IMG/VR virus record: IMGVR_UViG_3300020045_008445
Coordinates: 1 to 54,665 of that record
DNA: 54,665 bases
Origin: a virus
Taxonomy: Duplodnaviria > Caudoviricetes
Reading direction: 5' to 3' (one strand)
Position 1 is the first letter of the stretch. Each line of letters opens with the position of its first letter. The translations under genes and the position numbers were made by a program. Of this stretch, positions 38,292 through 47,623 are shown in pieces. The notes below the pieces were generated by a model. It ran no database searches. It saw only the letters and a program-made list of their open reading frames with translations, and was not told where the DNA came from.

Positions 38292-39242
38292 TTAATTTCT
38301 TAGGCTTTTGCCTTTTAATTCAATGATATTGAACATTTCAAAACACCTGTCGTAAACCCTGTTACCGTATTTAGCGCTCATGGCCTGCATTGTTTCAAGT
38401 GATGATAATTGTTCGCTATTTTCAACCGCATAGTTTAGGCTGGCCATGGTTCTTTTACGTCCATCATATCTGAACTTTAGAATGTCTTCAAAAATTTCTA
38501 CTTTGCCGTAGTTGCTGGCCTGTCTCTCAGTCATCAGGTCATCAAAATATAGCCACCCGTTTTTCATTGTGTTCCAAAAACGGTCTTTTTGCTGCTGGTC
38601 TGAGCATCCTTCAAACATCTGCACCACATCTATAGCAGAGAAATAGCCAAACTTCCTACGGTACCGGTGCAACAAAACATCATCGCCGTCTACATCTTTA
38701 ACCGTGATGTTGTTATCTCGTTCAGCATCAAAGAATAACTTCTTAAGAGCCTTGAATACTGATGTTTTACCACATCCATAGTCCCCAAAAACTAAAAGCC
38801 CTTTCATAACGTGCGGCTCATTTATGGTTTTATTTAACAAAGGGCTATCCATGAACTTTATATTGTTGAAGAAGTAGTAAATAAGCGTAAAAGCCAATAT
38901 TTTAGTTTCCCCGTTATTTGCTTTAGGATCAAATATATTGCCCGTTACATCAAAGTATTTTTCTTTAAATGCATTGTAAACGCTTAAGAAATCTACTTCT
39001 GCTAATGGTTTTAGTGGCTGTTTTGAATCCGGTTCTTTCGCTGGCCTCTGGCTGTCCCAGTAATCATTCCAAGCCTTAAAGTCAGCTTCATAACGCAATA
39101 CCAAATTATGCTCAGGGTTGGTTTTCTTTAGCATGTCGTAGGTAGACGGTCTTCTTGGATGCCTGGGAACATCTGCCGGTAAATTTAATTTATCGATTAC
39201 TGTGGAAATTTGCTCTGGTTCCTGTGGCTGTTGATTTTCCAT
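38292..39242 (-). CDS. DnaC/IstB-like ATPase (helicase loader)
   Basis: GDYGCGKT, FDDL..E, YGNRVYDR..EMFN.IEL.GKSLR. Confidence 0.82.
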   Translation of the reverse strand: MENQQPQEPEQISTVIDKLNLPADVPRHPRRPSTYDMLKKTNPEHNLVLRYEADFKAWNDYWDSQRPAKEPDSKQPLKPLAEVDFLSVYNAFKEKYFDVTGNIFDPKANNGETKILAFTLIYYFFNNIKFMDSPLLNKTINEPHVMKGLLVFGDYGCGKTSVFKALKKLFFDAERDNNITVKDVDGDDVLLHRYRRKFGYFSAIDVVQMFEGCSDQQQKDRFWNTMKNGWLYFDDLMTERQASNYGKVEIFEDILKFRYDGRKRTMASLNYAVENSEQLSSLETMQAMSAKYGNRVYDRCFEMFNIIELKGKSLRN

Positions 39243-39990
39243 TTTCAGTTTTTTTGTTTGTTATCGCATCGAAATGAGAACTAAGATTTTTAAGCAGGAA
39301 ATTGCTTTGCATCCAGGTGTCTGCCCATGCATTCGCCAAAAACTTATCAAGCGACCTTTTGGCAATATCTTCAGTCCATTCTATTTTTTTTGATTCTGAC
39401 AATTTTTGAAGTCTTGTAACAATGCTTTTAAAGCTTTTAGCTGATACGCCGTCAAATGTTGGTTTTGATTTAAATTCTTTTTCGTAGAAAGTAAGCCACA
39501 CATCAATTAAAATATGCCAATACAAAACCTCAATTTCTTTTTTCGCTGGCGGCTTGCCGTCAGAATGAGATTTAGATAATTGTTTTTGTTTAGTTTTGTT
39601 TAGTTTATTTATTGTATCAGCAACCGTATCAGCAACCGTATCAGCAACCGTATCAGCAACCGTATCAGCAACCGTATCAGCAACCGTATCAAATTTTGAT
39701 ATGGTTAACAGTTTATAAATAGTACTTCCGTCTAAACCTTTCGAAGCTTTATCAGGCGTTTTAAAGTCTATTAGTCCAAGTTGCTTAAGCTTGTTTTTAG
39801 ACGCTCTTACAGTGTTAACAGATATACCTAATTGAATAGCTATATATCTATCGGAATGCTTAAATGTTTCCTTCCAGCCTAATGAGTTGCATACTTTTAC
39901 AAGATAAAAGTAGAGCGCAATTCCATTACAACCGATTGGAATTTCAGTATTGCATGTCCAAAACTGTTTTATTAGTTCTATGTAGTTCAT
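39190..39990 (-). CDS. Replication initiator protein
   Basis: N-terminal wHTH (ALYFYL...N..GW), internal 12-bp repeats, upstream of loader. Confidence 0.8.
   Translation of the reverse strand: MNYIELIKQFWTCNTEIPIGCNGIALYFYLVKVCNSLGWKETFKHSDRYIAIQLGISVNTVRASKNKLKQLGLIDFKTPDKASKGLDGSTIYKLLTISKFDTVADTVADTVADTVADTVADTVADTINKLNKTKQKQLSKSHSDGKPPAKKEIEVLYWHILIDVWLTFYEKEFKSKPTFDGVSAKSFKSIVTRLQKLSESKKIEWTEDIAKRSLDKFLANAWADTWMQSNFLLKNLSSHFDAITNKKTENGKSTATGTRANFHSNR
39614..39691. repeat. 6.5 x 12-bp tandem repeat GTATCAGCAACC (probable origin iterons)
   Basis: Perfect repeats encoding (DTVA)6 inside initiator, next to an A/T-rich tract. Confidence 0.85.
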
Positions 39991-40154
39991 TACAATATAT
40001 TTTCTCTGATATAAATTGTTTCTTCAGGTGTCAACTTATGGTTGGCGCTAAAGTTTACGCCGTTGCCTGTCAGCACTATTTTAACCTCCTGCCCTGTAGC
40101 CCTAAAAATGTAAAATGTATTCCCATCGTTAAGGCTTGTTGCAATAGTTACCAT
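39990..40154 (-). CDS. Small hypothetical protein (54 aa)
   Basis: TAATG coupling to initiator. Confidence 0.5.
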   Translation of the reverse strand: MVTIATSLNDGNTFYIFRATGQEVKIVLTGNGVNFSANHKLTPEETIYIRENIL

Positions 40155-40156
40155 GA

Positions 40157-40366
40157 TTAACCCGTCAGTGTGTTTTGCTTCGCTATGCCGCCTGCTTTAG
40201 ATAATTTACGTATCTCACGGGCGATGGCGTTTTCTATGGCGGCAAAGGGCTTTAAAATGCTTTGAATTTCAGAAGCATCTATTTCACCTCTGCTGATTAC
40301 AAGTTCAATCCCTAAATGGGTAATTGACTTCTTGGCCTGCTGTAGTTTTTCTATGGTTGGGGTCAT
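40157..40366 (-). CDS. Hypothetical protein
   Basis: Likely ATG at 40366. Confidence 0.5.
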   Translation of the reverse strand: MTPTIEKLQQAKKSITHLGIELVISRGEIDASEIQSILKPFAAIENAIAREIRKLSKAGGIAKQNTLTG

Positions 40367-40376
40367 ACAATTTGAT

Positions 40377-40754
40377 TTAAAAAACGTTAAATTCCTTAAA
40401 ATGAATACATTCTTTAGGCATTGGTTCTTGGTCTTCATAAGTATCTGGATATTTTTCAGGCCAGCCTTTTCGCTCTACATCATAAGGGTACATGTCTTTG
40501 TTGAGGGCGGCGCAATGGAAAACCTTTACATCAACATCCTTTCCTTTATCGGGATCATCATAAATAGGATGGGCAAACCAAACAGATTTCGTATTCCGTT
40601 GCAAGTGTTCACATTGCCCACAATCAAAGCAACGTGGAATGTTTACAGGATTTTGGCTGCAAGCTTTTTCATGTTTCTCCATGGCGTGTTGCACAAATAA
40701 GATCTTTCTGCAATGCTCACAATGATAGGTTGTTCGGTTTTCTCTAACTATCAT
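40377..40754 (-). CDS. Cys-rich Zn-finger protein
   Basis: YHCEHCRK...HEKAC..NP...CFDC..C. Confidence 0.65.
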   Translation of the reverse strand: MIVRENRTTYHCEHCRKILFVQHAMEKHEKACSQNPVNIPRCFDCGQCEHLQRNTKSVWFAHPIYDDPDKGKDVDVKVFHCAALNKDMYPYDVERKGWPEKYPDTYEDQEPMPKECIHFKEFNVF

Positions 40755-41056
40755 GCTTTCTTTATGTTTTTAGCGAAAATGTTATTAAATCGGGTGCCAA
40801 AGCCGCGGGATGATTTAGCCTCATAACTGATAGCTACCTGAACCTTATCTTCTATATTGAAAACGTCAAGCCTTTTAATCATAGGCCAATGCCTGAACTC
40901 CACAAAAACACTTTGTTTACCATCAATAGATATTGTGGCAATCTTCTTTGGATGTTCGCTTAAAAGCTCATCTTCGATGTTTATAATCGTTCCGGTAATT
41001 ATTTGTGCCTCCATGATGTTACAGGTAAAGTTTTCGGTTTTCAATTTGTATTTCAA
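40751..41056 (-). CDS. OB-fold / SSB-like protein (DUF3127-like)
   Basis: ITGTII...VEF...D.VQVAI......FNNIFA beta pattern. Confidence 0.45.
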   Translation of the reverse strand: MKYKLKTENFTCNIMEAQIITGTIINIEDELLSEHPKKIATISIDGKQSVFVEFRHWPMIKRLDVFNIEDKVQVAISYEAKSSRGFGTRFNNIFAKNIKKA

Positions 41057-41453
41057 TTTCCCTGATTGCTACCAGGTCTTTAGGCTCCGGCAGGTAGATG
41101 CCTGCCTCGGTTGCTGAATAGTTCCTAAATCGTTCTATTGCTAAAGTCAGTTCAGCGGTGTCAAGGCTGGCCGTGCTGCGCCACCTTTCAATCTTAACCA
41201 GTTCGCCGTGTTCACCGTCATAGAAAGTATTAGGGTTTACTATCTTCTTAAATATCTCCTGTTTTACCTCTTCTGCTGTATAACCTGTTTCAATAGCAAA
41301 CCATGAAAACAAAAGGTGCATGTAGCTATTTTGAGGTATCGACCGGCGCGGCCTTTTTTCTTTAAGCTCGAATAACTTGCCTTTATTGATGTAATGCTGC
41401 AAGCTGGCCGTAGCTCTTTTTACATCAAGTGGATTTGCAGGATTGTAGAACAT
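41019..41453 (-). CDS. NinB/YbcN-like recombination protein
   Basis: RSIPQNSYMH...STASLDTAEL...IYLPEP. Confidence 0.65.
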   Translation of the reverse strand: MFYNPANPLDVKRATASLQHYINKGKLFELKEKRPRRSIPQNSYMHLLFSWFAIETGYTAEEVKQEIFKKIVNPNTFYDGEHGELVKIERWRSTASLDTAELTLAIERFRNYSATEAGIYLPEPKDLVAIREIEIQIENRKLYL

Positions 41454-41761
41454 TACTCAGTTGCTTTTTTAATAGCTTCCCTTGCGCGTTCTACTGCTGA
41501 AAAATGCCCCATCTCATTTTCCTCCATTCGTGCAACACAGCGGATAAGATTTTCTAATAAGTCTGGGGCTGATGCGATAAGCTTTGCTTTTTCAATACTG
41601 CCTACACTTTCGCATACCAAATAGCCTCCGTAATAATCGACTTCATCATCTGTACTTTCAGATGCATTTAAGGGAGTTTGAAAGTTTGTATTTATTTGCT
41701 TAGTGTCAGACACAACCGTTGAAGGATGTGAGCCGACTTTCCATTTTTCAGTCATAATCAA
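41453..41761 (-). CDS. Phage hypothetical protein
   Basis: AKLIASAPDLLE...AREAIKKA motif. Confidence 0.65.
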   Translation of the reverse strand: MIMTEKWKVGSHPSTVVSDTKQINTNFQTPLNASESTDDEVDYYGGYLVCESVGSIEKAKLIASAPDLLENLIRCVARMEENEMGHFSAVERAREAIKKATE

Positions 41762-42498
41762 AAAGGGTATTTACCAAATGGTATTTCTATTCCGTTACAC
41801 GCCACGGTTACGTTTTTTCCTGTAAGCTCGTGGACTTCTTTTTTAAACTGCAGTTCGTTACTGTTGCCATCACTTAGGTGGATAAGCACAATATTATTTA
41901 CGGCGGTAAGGTCATTAGCCGCCAGCATTTCTTTGCAGTTGGCCAGCGAAAAGTGAGACTTCAAAATCCTGTCCCGCAAAAACATCATATCTGATTCAGG
42001 GCCGAATCTCCTATCAATAATCTCTTTGCTGTAGTTGGCCTCAATAATGATGTTGTTAAGGTTTTTAAATTTGTATTTGCAGTAGTAAGTGTCAGTAATT
42101 AGGCAAAACCTGCCGCATTCAGGATGTTCAATCAAGAAACCCAAACACGGCACGTCATGTTTAACATCAAAAGGCAGCACTTTAAAGCTATCAACTTTCA
42201 AAGTCTCGCTAGATGTCAAAACTTTTGCCCTATAATTATTTTCTAAGCCTAAATATTTCTTATCAAATTCAGACATATAAACATCTATTCCATACTTGAT
42301 AAAATCCTTTGAGAATTTACAATGATCTCCGTGCGAGTGAGTTTGTAAAGCCGCTGATATGGATTCTAACTTAAAATCAACTGCTTTTTTAACTTCTTTG
42401 AAATTAATGCCGCAGTCGATGATTAGTGACTTTCCAGATTCTGGCTTAAATAGGTAACAATTACCGCTGCTGCCTGTTCCTAATACTTTTAGTATCAT
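41758..42498 (-). CDS. MBL-fold metallo-hydrolase (exonuclease partner of RecT)
   Basis: GTGSSGNCY, THSHGDH, HDV, TDT, EANY, HLS. Confidence 0.9.
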   Translation of the reverse strand: MILKVLGTGSSGNCYLFKPESGKSLIIDCGINFKEVKKAVDFKLESISAALQTHSHGDHCKFSKDFIKYGIDVYMSEFDKKYLGLENNYRAKVLTSSETLKVDSFKVLPFDVKHDVPCLGFLIEHPECGRFCLITDTYYCKYKFKNLNNIIIEANYSKEIIDRRFGPESDMMFLRDRILKSHFSLANCKEMLAANDLTAVNNIVLIHLSDGNSNELQFKKEVHELTGKNVTVACNGIEIPFGKYPF

Positions 42499-43123
42499 TC
42501 TCTGTAATTTTAGGAGTTGTTAACGCCTTTTCTAATGTCCATTTTCTAAGCCTTTTATCTAAAGTAGATAAATGTATTCCGAGCTTATTCGCCCAATCTT
42601 GAATGCACATTCTTTCGCCTTTGAACTCTATAAAACGGTTGTCCGTTTTATTTCGGCTTTGAGTTTTCATATCAACCCATCTGCAGTTTTCGGGACAATA
42701 ATCTCCATCAACATCAATCCTATCTAATGATAAACCTTCTTTGTATCCGTTATTTATTGACCATTCGTAAAAAGGAACAAGAGAATTAGACCATTGTTCA
42801 CATACACTTATACCCCTACCTCCGTAATACTTATAAGCGTGGCAATTTGGATTGGCGCATCTTTGTTTCATAGATTGCCAAACAAAATTTAACTTTGTCC
42901 TACTTTTAGAATGAGAAGTATTTATTTCAAGAAACCTTCTTTTTCTTAAACAACCACAACTTTTAGTTTGGCCAGATGTTAGTAATATAAGTTTATGAAT
43001 ACCTATATGCCCACAATCGCATTTACAAAGAAATTGCCTTTGCTTTTTGTGAGCTTCCTTTTCCTCAATAATCGTCATCATATTAAATTTCTGTCCGATT
43101 ATTATGTTTAGTCTGCTAGCCAT
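42461..43123 (-). CDS. HNH-type homing endonuclease-like protein
   Basis: CKCDCG, SCGC, MKQRC, YGGRGI.VC, DRIDVDGDY.PENCRW. Confidence 0.8.
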   Translation of the reverse strand: MASRLNIIIGQKFNMMTIIEEKEAHKKQRQFLCKCDCGHIGIHKLILLTSGQTKSCGCLRKRRFLEINTSHSKSRTKLNFVWQSMKQRCANPNCHAYKYYGGRGISVCEQWSNSLVPFYEWSINNGYKEGLSLDRIDVDGDYCPENCRWVDMKTQSRNKTDNRFIEFKGERMCIQDWANKLGIHLSTLDKRLRKWTLEKALTTPKITENDTKSIRNRQQR

Positions 43124-44004
43124 CAGAAGCCTGGGCCGTCATTGGCTGGTTCGGTAAACAATTCGGCAGACTGCGCCGGCTGTTGTACAAATTCAGGATC
43201 TACTACCTGCGCATCTTCTGCCTTGAAGTCAATTTGCTGCCTGTTGGCCTGTGTTTTTACTTCGTGCTGAACATCTTCGGCCTGTACGTCGATTGCATTA
43301 TCTTCATCTAACGGATCGTATAGAACGCTATCATCAGAACTGCTTATCAAAAGCTTGCAGGCCCTGTTGAGTACGGTTTTAATAGCCATCTGGTCTGCAA
43401 AGTTTTTGTGTGCAGGCGAATTGCCTTTTGAACCGCCCTGGCCCCACGCTGTTTGTATTTGGTTAATATTCATAACCTCTACATCAACTGAACCATCATT
43501 AAGCTCATATACAGCATAAGCGCCCCTTATTTTGTTTGTGCCTACACTATCAAGGGTTTGAGCGTGATTGATGATCTTGCGGCGGCCTGTGGTCTGGTCA
43601 ACTGCAAATTCAAAGGTGTCTCCCTCAAATATTGCATTACCCTTTATCCATTTCAGGTTGCCGTATCGCTTTGCTATGGCAATGTTGCCGGCATAAGAAA
43701 TACTGCATTCGAGTTTTTCGCCGTAAGGGATAAAGTAACATTGCTTTTTAATCGGCGATACACCGTAGATAACCATCTTTAAAAGCGCTTCGGCAATTGA
43801 AGACTTATCGCACTTGGCAAGTATATTATTCTTTGGATCTGACAGAATAATGTAAGCCGATTTCAAAGCGTTCTCTACATTATAGCCTTTCGGTATTGTA
43901 AGTTCTCCGCTGGATTGAAAGGCATCTATTTTTGCAAGAACCTGCGTTGATATATCTAATTTTACCTGCTGTAGCGCCGGTGCTGTAGTGGGAGTAATAC
44001 TCAT
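43123..44004 (-). CDS. recT: RecT-family single-strand annealing recombinase
   Basis: KQCYFIPYG, SY.G, AHKNFADQMAIKTV..RACK. Confidence 0.88.
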   Translation of the reverse strand: MSITPTTAPALQQVKLDISTQVLAKIDAFQSSGELTIPKGYNVENALKSAYIILSDPKNNILAKCDKSSIAEALLKMVIYGVSPIKKQCYFIPYGEKLECSISYAGNIAIAKRYGNLKWIKGNAIFEGDTFEFAVDQTTGRRKIINHAQTLDSVGTNKIRGAYAVYELNDGSVDVEVMNINQIQTAWGQGGSKGNSPAHKNFADQMAIKTVLNRACKLLISSSDDSVLYDPLDEDNAIDVQAEDVQHEVKTQANRQQIDFKAEDAQVVDPEFVQQPAQSAELFTEPANDGPGF

Positions 44005-44040
44005 ATTAGTGTAATTATTGAATTAGTAAATAGTTTTTAA

Positions 44041-46059
44041 TTAAGCAACCCTTAGTTCTTTGTCTACCTCAGATACAATCAGGTTTACAAGCTGTGATTT
44101 AGTATCGATAAGCTTAACAACACTTTCGCGGTTGTCTAAGAATACCGGCGCAGTTACCTGGTAGAAATCGCAAAGGGTATTGATAATATCAAGCCCGGCA
44201 TTGATGCGTGATGCGGTATTTGCATCGGTAAATGGTACGCCGCCTATCATCGGTTCGCAGCATTCTGCCACGCCGCCGTTGATCTGATCTTCAAACATCC
44301 TGAACTGAACAAAATTGAATTTGCTATTTATCTTGGTTTCAAGCGCATCAATTTTTAGCTTGTTGAAGTTCTCAATGGTAAAGTGAATACGCTCTACATC
44401 GGCAATTTGTTGGGCTAAGGCATTTTCTTCGGCAAGCAATTCAGCTTTGCGGGTGTCAGCGGCTTTTATCTGTGCTTCATTGCGCAGCTTAGTTTTGATG
44501 CCGTCGATGTCAAAAACAAGGCCGTTGCGTTTAGATTTTAATTCTCCATTGTCTACCGTTGGCACCTCTTCAATCCTACTTTCAATATCGGTTATCTGGA
44601 TAAGCATTTCGGTGTAGCTATCATGTTTCAGCAGTATGCTGTCAATGATACTTTCACGGCCCGGCATATCCCCTACATCGTTAAGCTTACCGGCCTCAAT
44701 TTCGACGGTACCTTTTAAAGCTGTGATTTCAGTTTCTAAAGCTTCTACCATACCTTGCCCGGTCCCGATCCTTACCGAAAGGTTATCGCGTTCCGCTTCA
44801 AGGTTTGTTTTTTCCGCTGCCAGTTGCTGGCCTTGTGTTTGGATATTATAAAGCGCAGCCGCCTTAGCCGTGTTGAAATTGGTTTGGAGTTCTAGTTTCT
44901 TACCGTCAACATCTGAAGCTTCAAAAGCACGCTTGCAGGTTGGGCAGCAGAAGTCATTATCATTAAAGGTTAATACCTTTGCGTTCTCTTCGGCCCATTG
45001 TTCACGCTTGGCAGTCATTTGCCCGGAAAGCAAGGCTATCTGTTTATTGATGCCATCCTGTTTATCACTTAATGTTTTAACGCCGCCTTTAGCTGTAACA
45101 AGTTCGTTTTCTTTTTGAGTAAGCATTGTGCGGTGTCCGGCAAGAATGCTATCATCCGGCTTTAACCTGATATCGGCTTCACGTTCGGCGGCTTGCCTTA
45201 TGGCCTGTGTTTCAGCTTTTAGACTGTTGGCCTGTAATTTCTTAGCATTTATTTCCTGAAGCTTTGCATCAAATGCCTTGCCTGCATCTTGTAGTTGGGC
45301 ATCAATCTGCGCAAGTTCAGATTCTTTAGCTTCCAGGTCTTTTTTTAGTCCAGTAAAGTCAAAGCTTTCAGGCTTGCCGCGTTCTACTTCTGCAATGCGG
45401 GGCTGTATCTCTTTGATATCATCCTTAGCTTTTTTAATAGAAGCTGATATCTGCTTTTTAAAATCTTCAAGGGTTTTGCCTTGTGTAAGCTGGGCCAGCA
45501 GGTTCATGTACTCGGTATTTCCTGCGGCAAGTTCGGCATCCGGTGTCTCCCCGGCCATCTTTATAAGAACCTGGCGGCGTTCCTGCCATTTAAGGCTGTT
45601 AAATGCAAGCGGGTTGGTAATCATTTTGAATACCTGCTCATTTAAGATACCTCCCACCTTGGCGTTGAATTCTGTTTGGTTTACCGGTACACCATTCCAG
45701 TAGTATTCAGTAACATTGCCTTTAAATTCCTTTTCAAGATTACCTTTCTTTTTAACCCAGTTTTCTTTTAGGAGGCGGCGTATTGCTATGGTATCGCCAT
45801 CCACTTCAAGCATGGCAGCAACCTCGTGGTCTATTTCAGGTATTACTTTACCATCGGCTCCCAGCGTTTTAACCTCAAAGTCTTTACGGTCATTGCTGTC
45901 TTTGCCAAAAAGCAGGAAGGTAAAGGCATCGAATATCGACGTTTTGCCGGTGCCGTTATCGCCGTATATGTCGGTGTTATGCCCGGTAAAAGGAATGTTT
46001 AAATTTCGCTGCCCTTTAAAGTTTATCAGCTGTAGTGATTTTAGTGTTATTGATTTCAT
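44041..46059 (-). CDS. Rad50/SbcC-like AAA ATPase
   Basis: NFKG, GDNGTGKTS, coiled coil, CPTC Zn hook, PVFLDNRES. Confidence 0.88.
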   Translation of the reverse strand: MKSITLKSLQLINFKGQRNLNIPFTGHNTDIYGDNGTGKTSIFDAFTFLLFGKDSNDRKDFEVKTLGADGKVIPEIDHEVAAMLEVDGDTIAIRRLLKENWVKKKGNLEKEFKGNVTEYYWNGVPVNQTEFNAKVGGILNEQVFKMITNPLAFNSLKWQERRQVLIKMAGETPDAELAAGNTEYMNLLAQLTQGKTLEDFKKQISASIKKAKDDIKEIQPRIAEVERGKPESFDFTGLKKDLEAKESELAQIDAQLQDAGKAFDAKLQEINAKKLQANSLKAETQAIRQAAEREADIRLKPDDSILAGHRTMLTQKENELVTAKGGVKTLSDKQDGINKQIALLSGQMTAKREQWAEENAKVLTFNDNDFCCPTCKRAFEASDVDGKKLELQTNFNTAKAAALYNIQTQGQQLAAEKTNLEAERDNLSVRIGTGQGMVEALETEITALKGTVEIEAGKLNDVGDMPGRESIIDSILLKHDSYTEMLIQITDIESRIEEVPTVDNGELKSKRNGLVFDIDGIKTKLRNEAQIKAADTRKAELLAEENALAQQIADVERIHFTIENFNKLKIDALETKINSKFNFVQFRMFEDQINGGVAECCEPMIGGVPFTDANTASRINAGLDIINTLCDFYQVTAPVFLDNRESVVKLIDTKSQLVNLIVSEVDKELRVA

Positions 46060-46093
46060 TAGAAGTAATTATTTAAAGTTGTTGATTAAGTGG

Positions 46094-46300
46094 TTAAAGG
46101 TTGTGGCGGTTTTTCCAAAGGGAACGGCACAGGATGTACAAGACCGCTATGCCCAGTAAGAGAAAGATGCCGGAGGCTATCATGATGCGGTAATCAAAGA
46201 TGCCACGGCCATACGCCACAAGCCCTAATGATCCAAGGAATAAAAGCATGGCTATAATAAGCACAAGCAAATCGGTTATTCTGTTTTTCCTGCTGTACAT
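46094..46300 (-). CDS. Small two-TM membrane protein
   Basis: Two hydrophobic helices. Confidence 0.6.
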   Translation of the reverse strand: MYSRKNRITDLLVLIIAMLLFLGSLGLVAYGRGIFDYRIMIASGIFLLLGIAVLYILCRSLWKNRHNL

Positions 46301-46434
46301 AAATAGGAAGGTATTTTGTTGTTGAAGGTTTCAGTTAACGGGCCCAGCATGTCGGCATACACCGGCTGGCTGTCATTTATGAACCGGGTGGCCTGCTGCA
46401 GGTTAAACCGGTTGGTTACGCTGTGTACGCTCAT
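46276..46434 (-). CDS. Small hypothetical protein (52 aa)
   Basis: MSVHSVTNRF...; bridges neighbouring genes. Confidence 0.4.
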   Translation of the reverse strand: MSVHSVTNRFNLQQATRFINDSQPVYADMLGPLTETFNNKIPSYLCTAGKTE

Positions 46435-46657
46435 ATAGTAGTTTTTGGGTTGCCTGCCTTTCTTTCTCTATTGCAAATTCGTGGTTGCTTAGGTATTCTA
46501 ACTTGGCTTCAAGAAGTTCACCTATAAAATGATCGTGCTTTTCAATGTGCTGCCTTTTATCGGCACCATCCGGCCATTTCTGTATTTCTGCTAATTCAGA
46601 AGTAAACTCCGCAATCTGCTCATTTATATCCTTAAGTTTTTTGTAGGTTGTTTTCAT
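46403..46657 (-). CDS. Hypothetical protein
   Basis: 84 aa, helical. Confidence 0.55.
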   Translation of the reverse strand: MKTTYKKLKDINEQIAEFTSELAEIQKWPDGADKRQHIEKHDHFIGELLEAKLEYLSNHEFAIEKERQATQKLLYERTQRNQPV

Positions 46658-46826
46658 TTGTTGGTTGGTATTTATTATCTATATCCTTTAAATCACCAAT
46701 AAATTCATTGATAAAGCGCAAACACGCCTGAATCTTTTGAAGTTGATTAGGGTCGGTAGTAACATGAGAAAGACCGATTAATGTATCTTTCTTTATTTCG
46801 TATTTTTTTAATATATCTGTTATCAT
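46632..46826 (-). CDS. Hypothetical protein
   Basis: 64 aa. Confidence 0.55.
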   Translation of the reverse strand: MITDILKKYEIKKDTLIGLSHVTTDPNQLQKIQACLRFINEFIGDLKDIDNKYQPTNENNLQKT

Positions 46827-46847
46827 AATATGTTTTATTTACTTAGA

Positions 46848-46924
46848 ACCCTTTGCCGGTAAACGAACCGGGTAACATCAGCTTTTAAGGAATTGGAATC
46901 GGTTTAGGCTATATTTCAAAGGGT
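46848..46924 (-). ncRNA. tRNA-like element (acceptor stem plus T-arm mimic)
   Basis: ACCCTTTG...CCGGT-TCGTTT-ACCGG-CAAAGGGT, 77 nt. Confidence 0.4.
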
Positions 46925-47065
46925 GCGGGCATTTTCATCTTGCAGCGGTTTACAGATAAGTTATTGCCCAACTCATACGCTTGGATTTTAGTTTTATGCT
47001 TTAAGGTTTTTGCTTTTCAACGATTTAGCAGGTATTCCTTAAACCCATACGTTTATAAATTTTTA

Positions 47066-47082
47066 CAATATTTCAAAGAGCG
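47066..47082 (-). promoter_or_regulatory. boxA-like antitermination sequence CGCTCTTTGAAATATTG
   Basis: Resembles rrn/lambda boxA (GCTCTTT); non-coding early region. Confidence 0.45.
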
Positions 47083-47089
47083 ATAATTG

Positions 47090-47614
47090 TTATATTTCGA
47101 AGCTTAACAGCTTTTCTAAGACAATTGATGATAGTTTTGATTGACTATCTAAGGCAATACTAACTATTAATGACTTTTTCTTTTTCCCATATGCTTTGGT
47201 AGCTTCTTGCTCTGTTTTAAAACAGCCTATGTATTTACCTGACATTTGAGCTTGATATCTATTTCTTATAAAAAATATTCCCTTATTTTTTATTCCAGAT
47301 CTTGACCTTATAATTAGAGAGTTCAATCTGCTTGGTAAAAAACAACAAGTTTCAGGACTATATAATTTTAAGTCTTCACCTAAAAGGTCTTTATCTATAT
47401 GCCATCCTTCAACACGATTCTCATGATACCATTTTGCGAATACCTGAAAGTCATGCCATTGATTACAAACTTTACAACCAATGTATGTGGGGAACTTTTT
47501 CAAATAACTTTTAGAATAACATCTATCCATCATACCAAGCCATGGCTTATAAGCGATGTCTTTATATGTGTACTTTCCTATCCCAATAAATCCCTTACCA
47601 TGTATCATAATCAT
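47090..47614 (-). CDS. HNH endonuclease-like protein with AP2-like C-terminus
   Basis: W..MMDRCY, Y.GC.VC..W..FQ.FA.W, IDKD, YSPETCCFLP; ATG at 47614 or 47608 preferred. Confidence 0.75.
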   Translation of the reverse strand: MIMIHGKGFIGIGKYTYKDIAYKPWLGMMDRCYSKSYLKKFPTYIGCKVCNQWHDFQVFAKWYHENRVEGWHIDKDLLGEDLKLYSPETCCFLPSRLNSLIIRSRSGIKNKGIFFIRNRYQAQMSGKYIGCFKTEQEATKAYGKKKKSLIVSIALDSQSKLSSIVLEKLLSFEI

Positions 47615-47623
47615 TACTTCTAT

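Noticed and set aside
39614-39691. CRISPR array or DGR repeat
   Set aside because: Contiguous 12-bp tandem repeat with no spacers; no cas or reverse transcriptase gene recognised in the window
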